A stretch of 33,797 bases of DNA from contig JBDREQ010000055.1 of NCBI GenBank assembly GCA_043819555.1, positions 1 through 33,797 of the forward strand, in the 5' to 3' direction. The stretch comes from Candidatus Zixiibacteriota bacterium. GTDB taxonomy: Bacteria; Zixibacteria; MSB-5A5; GN15; JAAZOE01. Each line of letters starts with the position of its first letter. Position 1 is the first letter of the stretch. Under the pieces are notes generated by a model. That model ran no database searches, was not told where the DNA came from, and saw only the letters and a program-made list of their open reading frames with translations. Both the position numbers and the translations under genes were made by a program. This document shows, one piece after another, positions 7,647 to 18,401 of the stretch.

Positions 7647-10532
7647 TTACTCACATCCCGCACATGGTGTGGGGCCAGATTTGAAAACGTGATTGATCAT
7701 GTACACAGCGTCGCCGACATTACATTGAGCGTCGCAGTTTGAATCGCAGGCATCTATAGGATCCGGGGCCAGGCCGTCTTTGAAAACGTGGTTGATTATA
7801 AATACCACATCCCCGACATTTACCTCATCATCGCCATTGGCATCACCGCATTTAAATAAATCAGGGTCAAGATAATCTGGGATTCCATCTCTATCGGAAT
7901 CATCATTGGTCAAATCGCCGTCGCCATTAGTATCTTCATCAATCGAGAGAACACCATCGCCATCATCGTCAGAATCCAGAGCATTGATGATTCCATCCTG
8001 GTCAGTATCGGTCGGATTGGTTATATTTCCTCCATAAATAAACACCTCCGCATAATCGTCTATTGTATCCCCGTCCGAATCCGCCTCAACTGGATTTGTG
8101 CCCGTCTTTATAACTTCTTCGCCATCGCTCAATCCATCATCATCTGAATCATCGTTCAATGGGTCTGTTCCATATTGCTGTACTTCGGGACCATCATCAA
8201 GCCTATCGCCATCGGAATCGGGATTAATCGGATCGGTTCCGTACAGATTGACTTCGTCACCATCATTCAAGCCATCGCCGTCATGATCAATAATATATGG
8301 TGAAGTTTCGTTGCCATCAACATTTCCATCGCAATTCATATCTTCTTCATAATCGTATAATCCGTCGTTATCCGAATCCGGGTCAAGATAATCCGGGTAA
8401 GCATCATTATCAGCATTATCGTTGGCGGGGTTTCCGTCCTGATTAGCATCTTCGCGCCAGGTAAAACGGCAATCATTGTCATCATCTGGGTCAAGGAAAT
8501 TCGGATCGCCGTCGCTATCGGTATCATCATCTGAAGGATCATTATTGCCGTCTACATCTTCATCAATAGTCGGGATCATATCGCCGTCGTCATCGGAATC
8601 CAGGTAATTAGTGGTGCTATCGCCGTCGGTATCATCATCCGTCGGATCACCATTATTATTGGCATCCTCATCATACGTTAGAACCGAATCTCCATCATCA
8701 TCAGGGTCGAGGGCATTAATATTACCATCCTGATCAGTGTCGGCCGGGGAATCAATCGTCCCGCCGTCGGCGTAAATCTCTATGCTATCCATGACCGTGT
8801 CGCCATCGGAATCCATAGAAGACGGGTCGGTACCGGTATGAATTACCTCTTCTCCGTCAGTTAGACCGTCTTCATCCGTATCCATCTTCAACGGATCGGT
8901 AAAAAAGGTGACGATTTCATCAAAATCTCCGAGGCCGTCACCATCGGTATCCGAATCAGACCAGTCAGTCTCACTGGCATCAACTGACCCGTTGCAGTTT
9001 GAGTCTTCCTCATAATCGAATAAGTTATCATTATCAGAATCCAAATCGAGATAATCCGGATTTCCATCATTGTCGGAATCATCATCGGCCGGATTTCCAT
9101 TGAAATTGGCATCTTCATTCCAGGTAAAACGGCAATCATTATCATCATCGGGATCAATATAATTGGGGTAAGCGTCGACATCGAAATTATCATCGCCGGG
9201 GTCATTGTTGCCATTTATATCTTCATCTCGAGTATAAATCAAATCGTTGTCATCATCGGGATCAAGAGCATTGATCAAAGCATCCATATCCGTATCGGTC
9301 GGTGATGCAGGACTACCCCCCATAATTGTAACTTCCGTATAATCATCTACCAAATCATTATCGGTATCGCTATTATTGGGATTTGTTCCGGTCTGTATTA
9401 TCTCTTCCCCATCATTTAGTCCATCACCATCGGAATCGCCAATGATAGGATTTGTGACGTAAAAATATATTTCCTGTCCATCGGTCAAACCGTCGGAGTC
9501 AGAATCGGCAAGTAACGGATTGGTCCCATAAGTATTAACTTCATGTCCGTCAATTAGGCCATCGCTATCGGTATCGCTATTGACAGGATTCGTACCATAG
9601 GTGTAAATTTCATTGTAATCATTTAAACCATCCGCATCAGTATCGGATAAATTGGGATCTGTTTCGCTTCCATTAACAATCCCATTGGCATTGCTGTCTT
9701 CATATCCATCGGTCAACCCATCATTATCAGAGTCTCTATTTAGGGGGTCTGTGACAGTAGCGCCTCCATCAGAGTCCGGTATCCACGCCATCCAGGTACC
9801 GTTATATGGCGTCGAATTCCCGCTACTGGTTCCAGGCGGAATTCCAATACTTACACCCGATTCCAGACCGTCAGTCAGTCCGTCAAAATCTGTATCAACT
9901 ATGATGGGATTAGTTTCCCCGGAATTGACCTGACCATCTGAATTAATATCTTCTGCACCATCCATTAAACCATCATCGTCTGTATCAGCATCAAGCGGAT
10001 CAGTCTCCATTATATCAAATATACCATTGCCATTTATATCTTCAAGAGAATCCATCAGTCCGTCATTATCGGTATCGGGGGTTAGAGGATCCGTGGTTGT
10101 GCTCGGATCTGTATCAGGCATCCATCCGCCAGCGGTTCCGACATATGGCGTAGAATTTCCCGTGCTCACTCCTCCTGGAACGCCAATCGTTATTCCCAAT
10201 TCTAGTCCATCACCCAAAGCATCACCATCAGTATCGGTAACGGTTGGATCGGTTTCCCAATTTTCGATTATACCATTTGCATTACTATCTTCAGCCCCGT
10301 CACTTAGACCGTCATCATCGGAATCTGCATCAGTCGGACTTATTCCCATAATACAAACTTCAAGGCCATCCATTAGACCGTCATTATCGGTATCCGCATC
10401 AAAAGGATCCGTCCCGAAAGAACCCAATTCCAGAATATCGGTTATGCCATCGCCATCCGAATCCTGCGCAAAAGTCGGGGCGGTAAATATCGCCAAAATT
10501 ATAAAAAGGTAAATAAATAGTTTTTTAGACAC
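7647..10532 (-). CDS. Secreted Asp-rich TSP3-like (DxDxDGxxD) Ca2+-binding repeat protein with C-terminal dockerin-like domain
   Basis: GTG start, signal peptide (APTFA|Q), dozens of T(D/N)PxxxDxDxDGLxD repeats, terminal [23 protein letters not shown]...[25 protein letters not shown]. Confidence 0.88.
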   Translation of the reverse strand: MSKKLFIYLFIILAIFTAPTFAQDSDGDGITDILELGSFGTDPFDADTDNDGLMDGLEVCIMGISPTDADSDDDGLSDGAEDSNANGIIENWETDPTVTDTDGDALGDGLELGITIGVPGGVSTGNSTPYVGTAGGWMPDTDPSTTTDPLTPDTDNDGLMDSLEDINGNGIFDIMETDPLDADTDDDGLMDGAEDINSDGQVNSGETNPIIVDTDFDGLTDGLESGVSIGIPPGTSSGNSTPYNGTWMAWIPDSDGGATVTDPLNRDSDNDGLTDGYEDSNANGIVNGSETDPNLSDTDADGLNDYNEIYTYGTNPVNSDTDSDGLIDGHEVNTYGTNPLLADSDSDGLTDGQEIYFYVTNPIIGDSDGDGLNDGEEIIQTGTNPNNSDTDNDLVDDYTEVTIMGGSPASPTDTDMDALINALDPDDDNDLIYTRDEDINGNNDPGDDNFDVDAYPNYIDPDDDNDCRFTWNEDANFNGNPADDDSDNDGNPDYLDLDSDNDNLFDYEEDSNCNGSVDASETDWSDSDTDGDGLGDFDEIVTFFTDPLKMDTDEDGLTDGEEVIHTGTDPSSMDSDGDTVMDSIEIYADGGTIDSPADTDQDGNINALDPDDDGDSVLTYDEDANNNGDPTDDDTDGDSTTNYLDSDDDGDMIPTIDEDVDGNNDPSDDDTDSDGDPNFLDPDDDNDCRFTWREDANQDGNPANDNADNDAYPDYLDPDSDNDGLYDYEEDMNCDGNVDGNETSPYIIDHDGDGLNDGDEVNLYGTDPINPDSDGDRLDDGPEVQQYGTDPLNDDSDDDGLSDGEEVIKTGTNPVEADSDGDTIDDYAEVFIYGGNITNPTDTDQDGIINALDSDDDGDGVLSIDEDTNGDGDLTNDDSDRDGIPDYLDPDLFKCGDANGDDEVNVGDVVFIINHVFKDGLAPDPIDACDSNCDAQCNVGDAVYMINHVFKSGPTPCAGCE

Positions 10533-10703
10533 CCGCTGCTGCCTCTTTTTTACTGACTATATTTGTAGCTTTGTATGGAGTAAATAATTGCCGCTACTAA
10601 AATAAAATAGCCATAACTTAAAATCTGTCAAGGAAAAAGGAGGATCTCTGGGCGGGATAAATGATTAAATGTCGGGGAATAGGTTACATTTTCAAAGAAC
10701 CAA

Positions 10704-10871
10704 TGGCTGAGGAGTGGGATTCAATGAGGGTGTTTTTGCTAACACTTTGAAATGCTGTGAAATACGCGTAATCTGGTACCATATCAAACGTTAGGATGGG
10801 TGAAGTTGCTTGAAATCAGATGATGTTACTTGAAGTTCCGTGTAGTTTGCGGTTAGAAAATGGTTAGAAAA
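10704..10871 (-). mobile_element. att-like end of an integrative element, copy 1 (degenerate tRNA 3' fragment plus arm-type repeats)
   Basis: Minus strand 10704-10722 GAATCCCACTCCTCAGCCA; homologous over ~165 bp to 12915-13074; GGTTAGAAAA twice at 11-bp period. Confidence 0.65.
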
Positions 10872-11045
10872 ATTGGTTTATAGATTTGTCAGATTAAATT
10901 ATCTTAACATAAATTTTTCAAAGGTTGCCGCTCTTTCATTGACTTAAATATCCTTTCAGCAGATATTTTTATTATAATGATGAAGAAATTATTTAATTTA
11001 GCGCCAAAGAAAGCATTTGGAGCATAGCAATAAAGATGAATATGT

Positions 11046-12749
11046 ATGCATGACTTTATTTATCTGCAAGAGCTACTAATCATTCTCGGATTTGCCATTG
11101 TTGTATTATTCATTTTTAACAGGCTAAAACTACCTGCAATTGCCGGATTTATCCTTACCGGCATTCTTTTAGGCCCTCACGCATTTAAAGTCATTAATGA
11201 CGCCAAGCATGTTGAACTTCTGGCCGAAATTGGTGTAGCTTTGCTCCTTTTTGGTATTGGTTCTGAGCTTTCCTTAAGTAAACTAAAGAGACTTTGGAAA
11301 CTGATTGTATTAGGGGGGCTACTTCAGGTTGGAATCACTTCGATTATTACATTCTTAATATGCCGATTTTTTGGCTTATCAGACAATCAAGCGGTTTTCA
11401 TTGGTATTGTTTTGGCTCTTTCGAGTACTGCAATTGTTCTACGAGGTTTGCAACAAAGAGGTGAGGTCGATGCTCCACACGGCCGATTAATTTTGGGAAT
11501 TTTGATCTTTCAGGATTTTGCCGTAGTTCCGGCCATGATGATTTTACCCTTGTTAGTGGATCGCGAGTTAGATGTAAGTTCTTTTGCATTAACCTTCCTA
11601 AATTCAATCGCGATCATTGCTATTATTCTATTCCTGGCATTATTAATTGTCCCCAAACTATTAAAAGTCATAGCACGAACCCGACAGCGCCAACTATTTA
11701 TTTTGTCAGTATTTGTCATTTGTTTAGGTACAGCTTGGTTAGTTACAAAATCGGGGGCCTCACTTGCCATTGGGGCTTTTTTAGCCGGTCTGGTTGTTTC
11801 CGGAAGCGAATATAGGCATCAAGCGATATCCGATATGATTCCATTCAGAGAAATTTTCGCCGGTTTATTTTTTGTTTCAATAGGTATGCTTTTGTCTCCT
11901 AATCTAATATTTAATAATTGGGCAATAGTTTTACTTGTTTTGTTCTTCATAATTTTGGGTAAGACCTTAATTGTATTTTTAACAGCTTTTTTTATGAGGA
12001 TGCCGCTCAGAGCGTGTGTGATTGCAGGCTTAGCTTTAGCGCAGGTGGGTGAGTTTTCGTTCATTTTACTCAATTCTGTCAAAGGTACAAATTTGATATC
12101 ATCATCACTTGAAAACACATTAATATCTTCAGCGATTTTATCGATGTTTTTAACCCCATTTGTTATGTCATTTGGCCCTAAACTTGCAGCAGGAATTGGA
12201 AAATTTAAAGTGTATACAAAAATGATGAAAATAAATACTGTCTCCAATGCTCATGCAGAGATTTGTAATTTATGCGATCATATTATTATAGCCGGATATG
12301 GATTTGCTGGAAGGGAATTATCTTTAGCTCTAAAATATCACCAGATTCCCTTTGTGGTAGTTGATTTGAATAGTCAAAATATAAAAAATGCATCGGAAGA
12401 AACAGGGAGCGCTCTTTTTGGAGATATAACCAGTGAACAAGTGCTCGAAAGGCTTGGCATTGATAAAGCCCTTGAACTGGTAATATTGATTAATGATACA
12501 ACAGCATCAGAACATGCGGTTAGAGTTGCTCGAAATATTGCCCCCGATTTACACATTTCGGTGAGAATCCCATATTTGCTCGATGTAGATTCTCTGATAG
12601 ACGCTGGTGCCAATGAGGTGATTTCTTCTGAACAGGAAGCGGCAGTGCAAGTTTCATCCCAGGTGTTAAAAAGAAATAATGTTAATTCATCAGAAATATT
12701 AAATCGATTGTCAATTATCAGGTCAAATACAGAAGAAGATGATGTATAA
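11046..12749 (+). CDS. CPA2/Kef-type cation:proton antiporter with C-terminal TrkA-N (KTN) domain
   Basis: ~13 TM segments, LAEIGVALLLFGIG, SSTAIV, LIFQD, FFVSIGM, LAQVGEFSF; HIIIAGYGFAG Rossmann motif. Confidence 0.92.
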   Translation: MHDFIYLQELLIILGFAIVVLFIFNRLKLPAIAGFILTGILLGPHAFKVINDAKHVELLAEIGVALLLFGIGSELSLSKLKRLWKLIVLGGLLQVGITSIITFLICRFFGLSDNQAVFIGIVLALSSTAIVLRGLQQRGEVDAPHGRLILGILIFQDFAVVPAMMILPLLVDRELDVSSFALTFLNSIAIIAIILFLALLIVPKLLKVIARTRQRQLFILSVFVICLGTAWLVTKSGASLAIGAFLAGLVVSGSEYRHQAISDMIPFREIFAGLFFVSIGMLLSPNLIFNNWAIVLLVLFFIILGKTLIVFLTAFFMRMPLRACVIAGLALAQVGEFSFILLNSVKGTNLISSSLENTLISSAILSMFLTPFVMSFGPKLAAGIGKFKVYTKMMKINTVSNAHAEICNLCDHIIIAGYGFAGRELSLALKYHQIPFVVVDLNSQNIKNASEETGSALFGDITSEQVLERLGIDKALELVILINDTTASEHAVRVARNIAPDLHISVRIPYLLDVDSLIDAGANEVISSEQEAAVQVSSQVLKRNNVNSSEILNRLSIIRSNTEEDDV

Positions 12750-12914
12750 TAGTCCTTGATTACTGTGAATGAAACAGCTGGAAAACATAAAGTAGTGAGA
12801 GTAGGCGGGGGGTGATCTGCCCCCAGTAATTGTACCAGTCTATAATTTAGAAATCTTGATGAAAAACCTCAAACCCATGGTGTAACGAATTGTTATACAA
12901 CGTGTTGCGCAATA

Positions 12915-13074
12915 AGGCGGAGGAGGTAGGATTCAGCGACATGTATTCTTGCCAACTTTATAAACCACATGCAAATACGCGTATTTTAATGCCATACCAA
13001 ACGTAAAGTTACTTGAAGTTGCGTGTAGTTACTTGAAGTTGCGTGTAGTTCGCGGTTAGAAAATGGTTAGAAAA
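12915..13074 (-). mobile_element. att-like end of an integrative element, copy 2 (tRNA-Ser-like 3' fragment plus arm-type repeats)
   Basis: Minus strand 12915-12934 GAAT-CCTAC-CTCCTCC-G-CCT (T-loop half, T stem, acceptor strand, G discriminator, near-CCA); last 47 bp match copy 1 at 45/47. Confidence 0.7.
13007..13050. repeat. Perfect 20-bp tandem repeat AGTTACTTGAAGTTGCGTGT x2.2
   Basis: Units at 13007-13026 and 13027-13046 plus AGTT. Confidence 0.95.
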
Positions 13075-13490
13075 TCATCGACTGTCCTACTCAACCAATT
13101 TTTCGGTCTTTCATACCATGAAATCGAATTTCTGTAAGAGGCATTTACTATAAGGCAAAGTAAATGCTGCCTTGAGCACTTCCTGTATGCAATAGTTCGG
13201 ATCATGCCACCTTCAAGAATTCCTAGTACACCACATTAAATCTGGATACAAGATTAGATTACTTTTCCATAGAGAAGTATGCTATTTTTTTGACATAATT
13301 TTTAATTTCATTTACAGGCCGGGCATGACAAATTCAAGATGGGTACTATTTTCTTTTTCACTATGTCTTACATTTTCTAAAATAATGGAACAAGGAATAA
13401 GGGACGCGATTGTAAAAAGACTTGGGGTATTTGATTGAATCGTATAAATTGCAGAGATAATTCGATATAACATTTGCGGAAATGAGTTAA

Positions 13491-14566
13491 ATGGCCAAAA
13501 CAGGAATAATCTGCACTATTGGTCCACCTAACGAAACAAACGTTACGCTAATGAAAATGATAGAAGCTGGCATGAGTGTGGCAAGGCTGAACTTCTCTCA
13601 TGGCAGCTACATGGATCATCAAAAACGAATTGACACTATTAGAAGGTTAAATCGGGAATACTCCTGCAACGTCAAGATATTGCAGGATTTGGAGGGTTTT
13701 CGAATAAGAATTGGTTCTTTCGAAAACAAGGATAGTGGTATAATCGGGCTAAAAGAAAACCAAATTGTCTTCTTGAGTAATCAGATTATAAGGCACGATT
13801 TTGAAACAGTACCTTTGGATTACAGGGAATCTCTGCGGGTTATTAAAACAGGTGATTCCATCTATATTGATGATGGGAATATCGCTTTGGAGGCGATGAA
13901 CGTAGGGGAAACACTCGTTCAATGTAAGGTAGTCATTCCCGGAAATCTAAAAGAGCATAAGGGGGTCAATATCCCTAATGCAAAATTCCCTTTTAAAGAA
14001 CTTACTGAAAAAGATCGCTTAAATCTTAAGTTTGGCATCAGGAATAAAGTTGATTTCATTGCCCAGTCATTTGTGAGAAACAGACAGTATATCGTTGATC
14101 TCAGGGATTTCATTACCGAGAACAATTTCAGCTGCCGGCTTATTGCTAAAATCGAAAACAAGGATGGCATAGAAAATCTTGATGAAATCCTGGGTGTCGC
14201 CGACGGCATTATGGTCGCTCGAGGCGATCTGGGGGTTTCTCTCCCCATTTACGAGGTTCCTATCCTACAGAAAATGATTATTAAGAAGTGCAACAAACAA
14301 AAAAAATAGCCATTACAGCTACTCAGATGCTGGAAAGCATGACGGAAAACCTGAGACCTACACGAGCGGAGGTAAGCGACGTGGCTAATGCCATCCTGGA
14401 CGGCACGGATTATGTGATGCTGTCAGGTGAAACGGCCATTGGAAAACATCCCGTTGAAACAATTGGTATGATGAAAAAAATAATTGACTTTACCGAGAAA
14501 TCCATGGCGTCAAATGGAAATACCCATTTACCAAATCCAGCCGGTGATCAAAGTAAACCTCCTTAG
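13491..14566 (+). CDS. pyk: Pyruvate kinase, short form lacking the C-terminal regulatory domain; frameshift in A8 run 14299-14306
   Basis: [42 protein letters not shown] in the first frame; [37 protein letters not shown] in the second; one extra A fuses them. Confidence 0.92.
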
Positions 14567-14991
14567 ACTGATTCAATCATGCAGTCTGAATGTTACTGGG
14601 CTGTAGTGCTTATCAAGTGTCAAGACCAGCTACTTCGACTACTCTTTCCCGCCGATGAAGATCAGGGGTATGATACGGGAAAAACCTGGGACGTAAATGT
14701 CTGAGCCAATACCTTGCCTCGTGATAACGGCACGACACTGAATTTCAGATCAATAAATGGACATTTTAGCAACTGCCCAAAAGCGTCATTTGATATTCAT
14801 CGGATTGATAAAATTCTCGAGTTGGTGAGACGGTCCAACGATTCAGTTTCGGAGAGAAAAAATCATGCATGTAGTCATTGAACCAGAACTTGCCGTAAAA
14901 CAATTGGTCATTTATCAATAAGCATTTGTCGGAGACCAACATATTACTGACTTTTGGGTTTAAGTAATAACAGCTAATCGAAAGGGGTTTT

Positions 14992-15498
14992 ATGGATGCT
15001 ATAAAAGTGTCACAATCAAGAACGACAAAAGCAATGCTGGTTCTCCCTCCAGATTCAAATGCCTTGGGTACTATGTTTGGCGGAAAGGTGATGAGCTATA
15101 TAGATGATATAGCTTCTATCTCTGCCTTCAGGCATTGCCGCCAGCAGATCGTGACGGCATCAACTGATTCAGTAGATTTTCTTCACGCCATAAATGTCGG
15201 ACATATGATTTGCATGGAGTCTTTTGTTACCTGGACACATAAGACTTCGATGGAAGTTTACGTAAACGTTATCAGTGAAAACCTCAAGACTGGAGCACGC
15301 CGGGTGTGCGCCTCCTCATTCCTGACTTTTGTGGCGATCGATGAAAATGGCATAACTCAGACAGTACCTCAGGTAATCCCAGAAACCAATTTCGAAAAGG
15401 AACTTCATAAGACCGCGCCGGAAAGATTTAAGCGACGAATGGAAAGAAAGAATCAGTCTAAAATGCTGGCAGAGAAGTTTCCGATCAGGAGATTATAG
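14992..15498 (+). CDS. Hotdog-fold acyl-CoA thioesterase (YciA/YkhA-like)
   Basis: VLPPDSNALGTMFGGKVMSYIDD, VTASTDSVDFL, TSMEV, FLTFVAID. Confidence 0.92.
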   Translation: MDAIKVSQSRTTKAMLVLPPDSNALGTMFGGKVMSYIDDIASISAFRHCRQQIVTASTDSVDFLHAINVGHMICMESFVTWTHKTSMEVYVNVISENLKTGARRVCASSFLTFVAIDENGITQTVPQVIPETNFEKELHKTAPERFKRRMERKNQSKMLAEKFPIRRL

Positions 15499-15991
15499 TT
15501 ATATGCAAAAGGAGTGGATCTGTCCAGAGAAGGACGTTTCAGTTCTTACTGTTGGATAACAGTTATTCAATGTGGCAAAAAGGGTATCGCAAGAATTAAG
15601 GTTTATTGCTGGAGGAGGCTTCATGAAGTTAGAAGTAGTGATTGATCCCTCTGCCCGATTTGCGGGCTATTGAATGGTTGAGCGTTATGCTAAATTAATT
15701 TCTTTTTGTTTCGCATAAAAGTATTCCGAATTAAATTATAGTTAAAAATCGGGAGATTCTTTTGGCAAATTGGATTTAGAATTGAGAAGTTGAAAATGAA
15801 TCCAAAGGTATCAACGGAATTGGTGGTTTTTGATCCAAATAAAATAAATAAGATTCTCGTTTCTATAGTGTGCTTCATATTCTTAGTTAGTGAAGTTTAT
15901 CGGCTCACAAATGATCTATCATTAAGCCGATATCGATTGTATTTGTCACAGGCAGAAGAGTTTTTTTAATTTTACTGAAAGCATTGAGCTT

Positions 15992-18292
15992 ATGATTGAA
16001 AAAACAAAAAATCCAACAGATACAGAATCCGGCCATGTGACGTTTGCCCGAGACCTGAGTCTATTTGATGCCAGTATGTTGGGTATCGGAGCGATGATCG
16101 GAGCCGGTATTTTTGTCTTAACAGGAATTGCCGCCGGTGTAGCAGGTCCGGCGTCAATTTTGTCGTTCGCATTGAATGGATTGGTGACGCTTTTAACTGC
16201 CTTTGCTTATGCCGAGCTGGCATCAGCAATTCCTCGTGCCGGTGGAGGTTATTCATTCGTTCGGATAGCATTTCCCGGAGTAACGGGGTTCACCGCCGGC
16301 TGGATGCTCTGGTTCGCATATACTGTAGCCTGCAGTCTATATGCATTGGGATTTGCCGGCTATTTTTGGGAATTCTTCGTAAAATATACTCCCTGGCTTA
16401 CTGAGCCGGTATTTAACGCAATAGGCCATCATAAGGCCGTATTAATAATAACTCTTTTCATTGGGATGTTTTTTGTCTGGCTAAATGTACGTGGCGCAGA
16501 GGTAACCGGCAAGGCCGAAAATATTTTAACTGTCTCAAAGATAATTATACTCGGGGTATTCATTTATTTTGGATTACTTAGAGTTTTCGACGAACCTTCT
16601 CGAATCACCGAAAGTTTTTTCCCCTTCTTTCCCGCTGGTTTTGGTGGTATTCTGGTAGCGATGGGACTTACTTTTATTGCCTTTGAAGGGTACGATCTGA
16701 TAGCCACAGTTGCCGAAGAAATAAAAGATCCGGAGAAAAATATCCCAAAAGCGACATTCATTTCTCTGGCGGTAACAATCACTATTTACCTTTTGATTCT
16801 ATTTGTATCTTTGACGGCCATCGATTCGGGTGAAATGAGGCCATGGGAATTCTTGGGGAAATTTAAAGAAACAGCCATTGTGCGTGCTGCGGAAGGATTT
16901 ATGCCTGCCATTGGCGTGGCCATTATTGTTGTTGGCGGCCTTCTTTCAACAATGTCAGCGCTAAACGCCACCGTTATGGCTGCGTCGCGTGTGGCATATT
17001 CTATGGCCCGTGATTTATGGCTTCCGCGTCGGGTATCCAGAATCCATTCAAAGCGCAGAACACCTCATATAGCGATTCTTATTACCGGTATTATCCTGAT
17101 AGCGATGGCCTTAACTCTACCTATCGAGGCGGTAGGATCGGCTGCCAGCCTGATTTTTCTTTTAACATTCGCAATGGTTAATTTATCTGTAATTGTGCTT
17201 CGCCGTAAGCATCCCGAAATACCGAGAAGATATAAAGTTCCCTTCTATCCTTTTGTACCATTGGCGGGATTTACATTGAATATATTCCTAGCTTTATATC
17301 AGTTCAAATTTCAGCCAATTGCCTGGTATGTGACGGCTGGCTGGGTAACCATTGGCGTTTTATTATACTATGCGATATTCGAAAAGAAGGCAGCGGTATT
17401 GGAACCTCAGGTTTTACAAATCCGGAAGCCTGATTTCGATGTCGAAGTAAAGCCCTCGGTTGTAGTGGCTCTTCACAATCCGGCAAATATCGAGATGCTG
17501 ATTGACTTGGCTAATTCGGTAGCTGTACGGCGCGGAATCCGATTGGTTGCGATCAGCGTAGTTGAAGTACCGCGGCAGATGCCAATTCATGAAGGTATCA
17601 GGATTGCTCATCACAAAGAATCACTTATTAACCTGGCCAAAAAGTATGCGGATGAGAAAAAAATTGACCTTGAAACAGATATTATAATTGCCCATCATAC
17701 CGCAGACGGAGTATTAAACGCTATAAATAATCAAGAGGCGCAGGCGCTGATAATGGGTTGGAAAGGATACACAAACACGCGCGACCGATTATTTGGCGAG
17801 ATAGCTGATAAAATTGTTAGGATGGCGCCATGTGATTTGGTTCTTATCAAGCTGGGCAAAAAGCGAGAATTTAAAAGTTGTCTGCTTCCTACCTCTGGAG
17901 GTCCTAATGCCATTTTGGCGACCACAATTCTAAATGGTATTGCCATGGATTTTGATATGGCTGTTACTGCAGGCTACGTATTGACCAAAAATATAACGCC
18001 GAATCAACGCTTGGAAATGGACGAACGGCTGAATGAAATAATGAATCTTTTGGATGATTCGATTAATCCGAAGAAAATCGTTATTGAATCACGAACAATT
18101 GCTGGAGGAATAGCCAAAACCGGACGCGATTATGACCTGGTAGTCATAAGCGCGGCGGAAGAACCGTTTTTTAGAAAAATGCTATTCGGAGAAATCCCTG
18201 AAAAGGTAGCCAGGTACACACCTGCTGCGGTAATGGTTGTAAAAAAATACGAAGGTCCCATTAAGTCTATTTTCAAAAAACTGTTTGGCTAA
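15992..18292 (+). CDS. APC-superfamily amino acid permease fused to two USP-like domains
   Basis: GAMIGAGIF, YAELASAIPRAGGGY, FIAFEGY, AEEIKDP..NIP, 12 TM; C-terminal ALIMGW...APCDLVL and YDLVVI...LFGEIPEKVA USP motifs. Confidence 0.9.
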   Translation: MIEKTKNPTDTESGHVTFARDLSLFDASMLGIGAMIGAGIFVLTGIAAGVAGPASILSFALNGLVTLLTAFAYAELASAIPRAGGGYSFVRIAFPGVTGFTAGWMLWFAYTVACSLYALGFAGYFWEFFVKYTPWLTEPVFNAIGHHKAVLIITLFIGMFFVWLNVRGAEVTGKAENILTVSKIIILGVFIYFGLLRVFDEPSRITESFFPFFPAGFGGILVAMGLTFIAFEGYDLIATVAEEIKDPEKNIPKATFISLAVTITIYLLILFVSLTAIDSGEMRPWEFLGKFKETAIVRAAEGFMPAIGVAIIVVGGLLSTMSALNATVMAASRVAYSMARDLWLPRRVSRIHSKRRTPHIAILITGIILIAMALTLPIEAVGSAASLIFLLTFAMVNLSVIVLRRKHPEIPRRYKVPFYPFVPLAGFTLNIFLALYQFKFQPIAWYVTAGWVTIGVLLYYAIFEKKAAVLEPQVLQIRKPDFDVEVKPSVVVALHNPANIEMLIDLANSVAVRRGIRLVAISVVEVPRQMPIHEGIRIAHHKESLINLAKKYADEKKIDLETDIIIAHHTADGVLNAINNQEAQALIMGWKGYTNTRDRLFGEIADKIVRMAPCDLVLIKLGKKREFKSCLLPTSGGPNAILATTILNGIAMDFDMAVTAGYVLTKNITPNQRLEMDERLNEIMNLLDDSINPKKIVIESRTIAGGIAKTGRDYDLVVISAAEEPFFRKMLFGEIPEKVARYTPAAVMVVKKYEGPIKSIFKKLFG

Positions 18293-18401
18293 ATATATAA
18301 GTTATAAATGATTACCCATTGTCAAATAAATTCGTTGCTTAAAGCGTTTCAATTAGGATAACATTGTCTTAATTCATTGTTTAAAGCCCAGGAGAAATAA
18401 T

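Noticed and set aside
8098..10512. Ser/Pro-rich and Met/Ile-rich ORFs inside the repeat protein gene
   Set aside because: Alternative-frame by-products of repetitive GAT/GAC codons.
10704..12934. Intact tRNA genes at the two tRNA-like fragments
   Set aside because: Only ~19-20 nt of the 3' end is present; no D-arm, anticodon arm or 5' acceptor strand.
13007..13074. CRISPR array
   Set aside because: Repeats are directly adjacent with no spacers, only two copies, and no cas genes.
14579..14881. 100-codon frame with one internal TGA (14702) as a selenoprotein
   Set aside because: No redox-motif context, no convincing SECIS hairpin, no SD and no recognisable family; could be pseudogene debris.
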